The notes beneath the pieces are model-generated. The model saw only the letters and a list, made by a program, of their open reading frames with translations, was not told the DNA's origin and did not search any database. Positions 45,169 to 46,799 of a DNA stretch of 46,799 nt are shown one piece after another. How positions within the stretch are numbered: position 1 is the stretch's first letter; each line of letters starts with the position of its first letter. Origin of the DNA: a virus. Taxonomy: Duplodnaviria > Heunggongvirae > Uroviricota > Caudoviricetes. The translations under genes and the position numbers were made by a program. The stretch lies in IMG/VR virus record IMGVR_UViG_2703718778_000015, one strand, 5' to 3'.

Positions 45169-46255
45169 CGTAGCCGGTCTTTACGAAAAGTTTGATCGCA
45201 GAACTGGCAGAGTTTACTACCAGTATAAAAATCCTGTGACTGGAAAATTTCACGGACTCGGAACAGACAAAGGTAAGGCAGAAAAAATCGCTTCCACAGC
45301 CAATCAGCGGATAGCTGCAGCAGAAGCTGAATATTTCATGCGCAAAATTGATGAAAGTCCGTCAGCAACAAAACGTCGGGGTATCAGATTAAAGGCATGG
45401 GTTGATCGATATCTGAAAATACAGGACACGCGACTGAAAAATGGAGATATTGCAGCTACAACTCACAAAGAAAAAGCCCGAATGGCTGCATACCTGGTTT
45501 CCCGTCTGGGAAACCACCCATTGAAAGAACTGGAAGTAAGAGACTTTGCATTAATACTGGATGAGTGGCTGGATAAAGACATGGTCAGCACAGCGAGAGT
45601 AAATCGTGGATTATGGGTTGATATTTATAAAGAAGCACAGCATGCAGGGGAAGTTCCTCCTGGATGGAATCCTCCGGAGGCTACCCGTAAACCGATCCCT
45701 AAAGTAACTAGAGCCAGGCTCACCCTGGAAGACTGGCAAAAAATTTACAACGCAACGCCTGAAAAACACTTTATCCGTAACGCAATGCTTCTTGCGATTG
45801 TTACTGGTCAGCGCCGTGATGACATTTGCCACATGCGTTTTTCAGATGTGTGGAACGAACACTTGCATATCACCCAGGGAAAAACCGGAATGCGTCTGGC
45901 GTTACCGCTTACACTACGCTGTGATGCCATTGGGATAACGTTAAAAGAAGTTATTGATGGGTGCCGAGACAGAATATTAAGTCCATATCTAATCCATAGT
46001 CGGCACCAGAAACAACCAAAGCCGATGAGTAAAGACAACCTGAGCGACTACTTTGCCAAAGCACGGGATCTGGCTGGGATAACTCCACCAGCAGGAAAAA
46101 CTCCGCCAACATTTCATGAACAACGCTCCCTGTCAGAACGACTGTACCGCGCGCAGGGTATTGATACAAAAACATTACTGGGACATAAAGTCCAGGCAAC
46201 CACCGATCGTTATAACGATACTCGTGGTCAGGAATGGGTTAAATTGGTTGTTTGA
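45137..46255 (+). CDS. int: Tyrosine integrase (lambda Int family)
   Basis: 372 aa; matches lambda Int as remembered along its length, including TGQRxxDxCxMxxSDV, PPTFHExRSLSxRLY and LLGHKxxxxxxxYxDxRGxEW (catalytic R, H-x-x-R, Y). Confidence 0.95.
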   Translation: MSPRPRKNSTDVAGLYEKFDRRTGRVYYQYKNPVTGKFHGLGTDKGKAEKIASTANQRIAAAEAEYFMRKIDESPSATKRRGIRLKAWVDRYLKIQDTRLKNGDIAATTHKEKARMAAYLVSRLGNHPLKELEVRDFALILDEWLDKDMVSTARVNRGLWVDIYKEAQHAGEVPPGWNPPEATRKPIPKVTRARLTLEDWQKIYNATPEKHFIRNAMLLAIVTGQRRDDICHMRFSDVWNEHLHITQGKTGMRLALPLTLRCDAIGITLKEVIDGCRDRILSPYLIHSRHQKQPKPMSKDNLSDYFAKARDLAGITPPAGKTPPTFHEQRSLSERLYRAQGIDTKTLLGHKVQATTDRYNDTRGQEWVKLVV

Positions 46256-46300
46256 CGAAATAAATGCAGCTGAAAAATGTTGATATTGCTTTGCTAGTGT

Positions 46301-46323
46301 AAAAACCCCGGCATCAACCGGGG
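46301..46323 (-). terminator. Intrinsic terminator for the convergent gene at 46332-46799
   Basis: Minus strand ccccggttgatgccgggg followed by T5, 8 bp after the stop. Confidence 0.55.
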
Positions 46324-46331
46324 TTCGGAGA

Positions 46332-46799
46332 CTAATCTTGATCAGGTTCCTGCTTAGAATAATGTTTTCCAACAATAAATGCCGTAACCAATGCAACAAG
46401 ATCTATTGAAACGAGAGTTCCGGCAAGAACTGTCTCCCCCATGACGCCAAAGACAGTGGCAGCTAAGATGATCAATATTGCCAACCAAAAAGCCTTTGTT
46501 TGACCATCTCTGGCAATATCAATGCTATCAGCCACTGTTTTATGGCGATGAGCCTGCTCTTTTTCGGTCAACTCAACAAGTCGATTTGCAAGCCCAGGCA
46601 CCAGTTGATCATACTTTTTAAGCATTGAAGGTGGCGGAACAGGCCCCTGAAAATGCTGGCAAACAATAGCCCGCACCTGCGGACTATCCAAAACCCTGTT
46701 TAAGACCTCTGGATTTTCGATTACTCGAGAAACCAGTTCATTATCCTTTTGTTCTTCACAAGTGAGTTTGGTGTTCTCACTTTCTTTTTGATCTGGCAT
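46332..46799 (-). CDS. Hypothetical membrane protein (two C-terminal TM helices); host or flanking-element gene, possibly truncated by the window edge
   Basis: 155-aa ORF whose start codon coincides with the last bases of the window; hydrophobic C-terminus (AFWLAILIILAATVFGVMGETVLAGTLVSIDLVALVTAFIV). Confidence 0.45.
   Translation of the reverse strand: MPDQKESENTKLTCEEQKDNELVSRVIENPEVLNRVLDSPQVRAIVCQHFQGPVPPPSMLKKYDQLVPGLANRLVELTEKEQAHRHKTVADSIDIARDGQTKAFWLAILIILAATVFGVMGETVLAGTLVSIDLVALVTAFIVGKHYSKQEPDQD

Larger units (their letters stand above)
1..46300 (-). mobile_element. Lambdoid prophage, near-complete; left boundary lies beyond the window start, right boundary probably just downstream of int
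   Basis: Contiguous lambda-like gene order (imm, O/P, nin, Q, lysis, cos, head, tail, tail fibre) on the minus strand, with xis-int on the plus strand at the right edge; internal cos as expected for an integrated genome. Confidence 0.9.

Overview
The window is almost entirely one near-complete lambdoid (lambda-like siphovirus) prophage of an Escherichia/Shigella-type genome, with about 70 supportable features. Most genes lie on the minus strand, running from high to low coordinates: cro-like and YdaT-like early genes, O/P-like replication genes, a nin-like region (DUF4406, a hok type I toxin, DUF968, RusA), a Q-like gene with a tR'-like terminator, a NanS-p-type esterase, a phage-21-type lysis cassette (pinholin S, SAR endolysin R, Ant, Dam methyltransferase, Rz/Rz1), an internal cos site, and a lambda-like morphogenesis block (Nu1, A, W, B, C, D, E, FI, FII, Z, U, V, G/G-T, H, M, L, K, I, J) ending in a collagen-like side tail fibre. 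The plus strand carries a cI-like repressor, a pL-like promoter, small early-left genes, an 823-aa protein with a C-terminal DEDDh exonuclease domain, xis and int. A higBA toxin-antitoxin pair (minus strand) sits between the repressor and the pL-like promoter. Assignments come from reading the translated ORFs against remembered lambda, phage 21, Rac and Stx-phage proteins and from motifs visible in the DNA; no database search was run. The most interesting loci are a low-GC 1.3-kb insertion of two convergent unknown genes between holin and endolysin, two promoter-terminator units that look like small RNAs (I-J intergenic region and nanS-p/S interval), the higBA module sharing an operator motif with OR, and an stx-less Q-to-nanS-p interval. 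CDS coordinates follow the supplied ORF track (starts adjusted where stated); coordinates of non-coding features are approximate to a few nucleotides.
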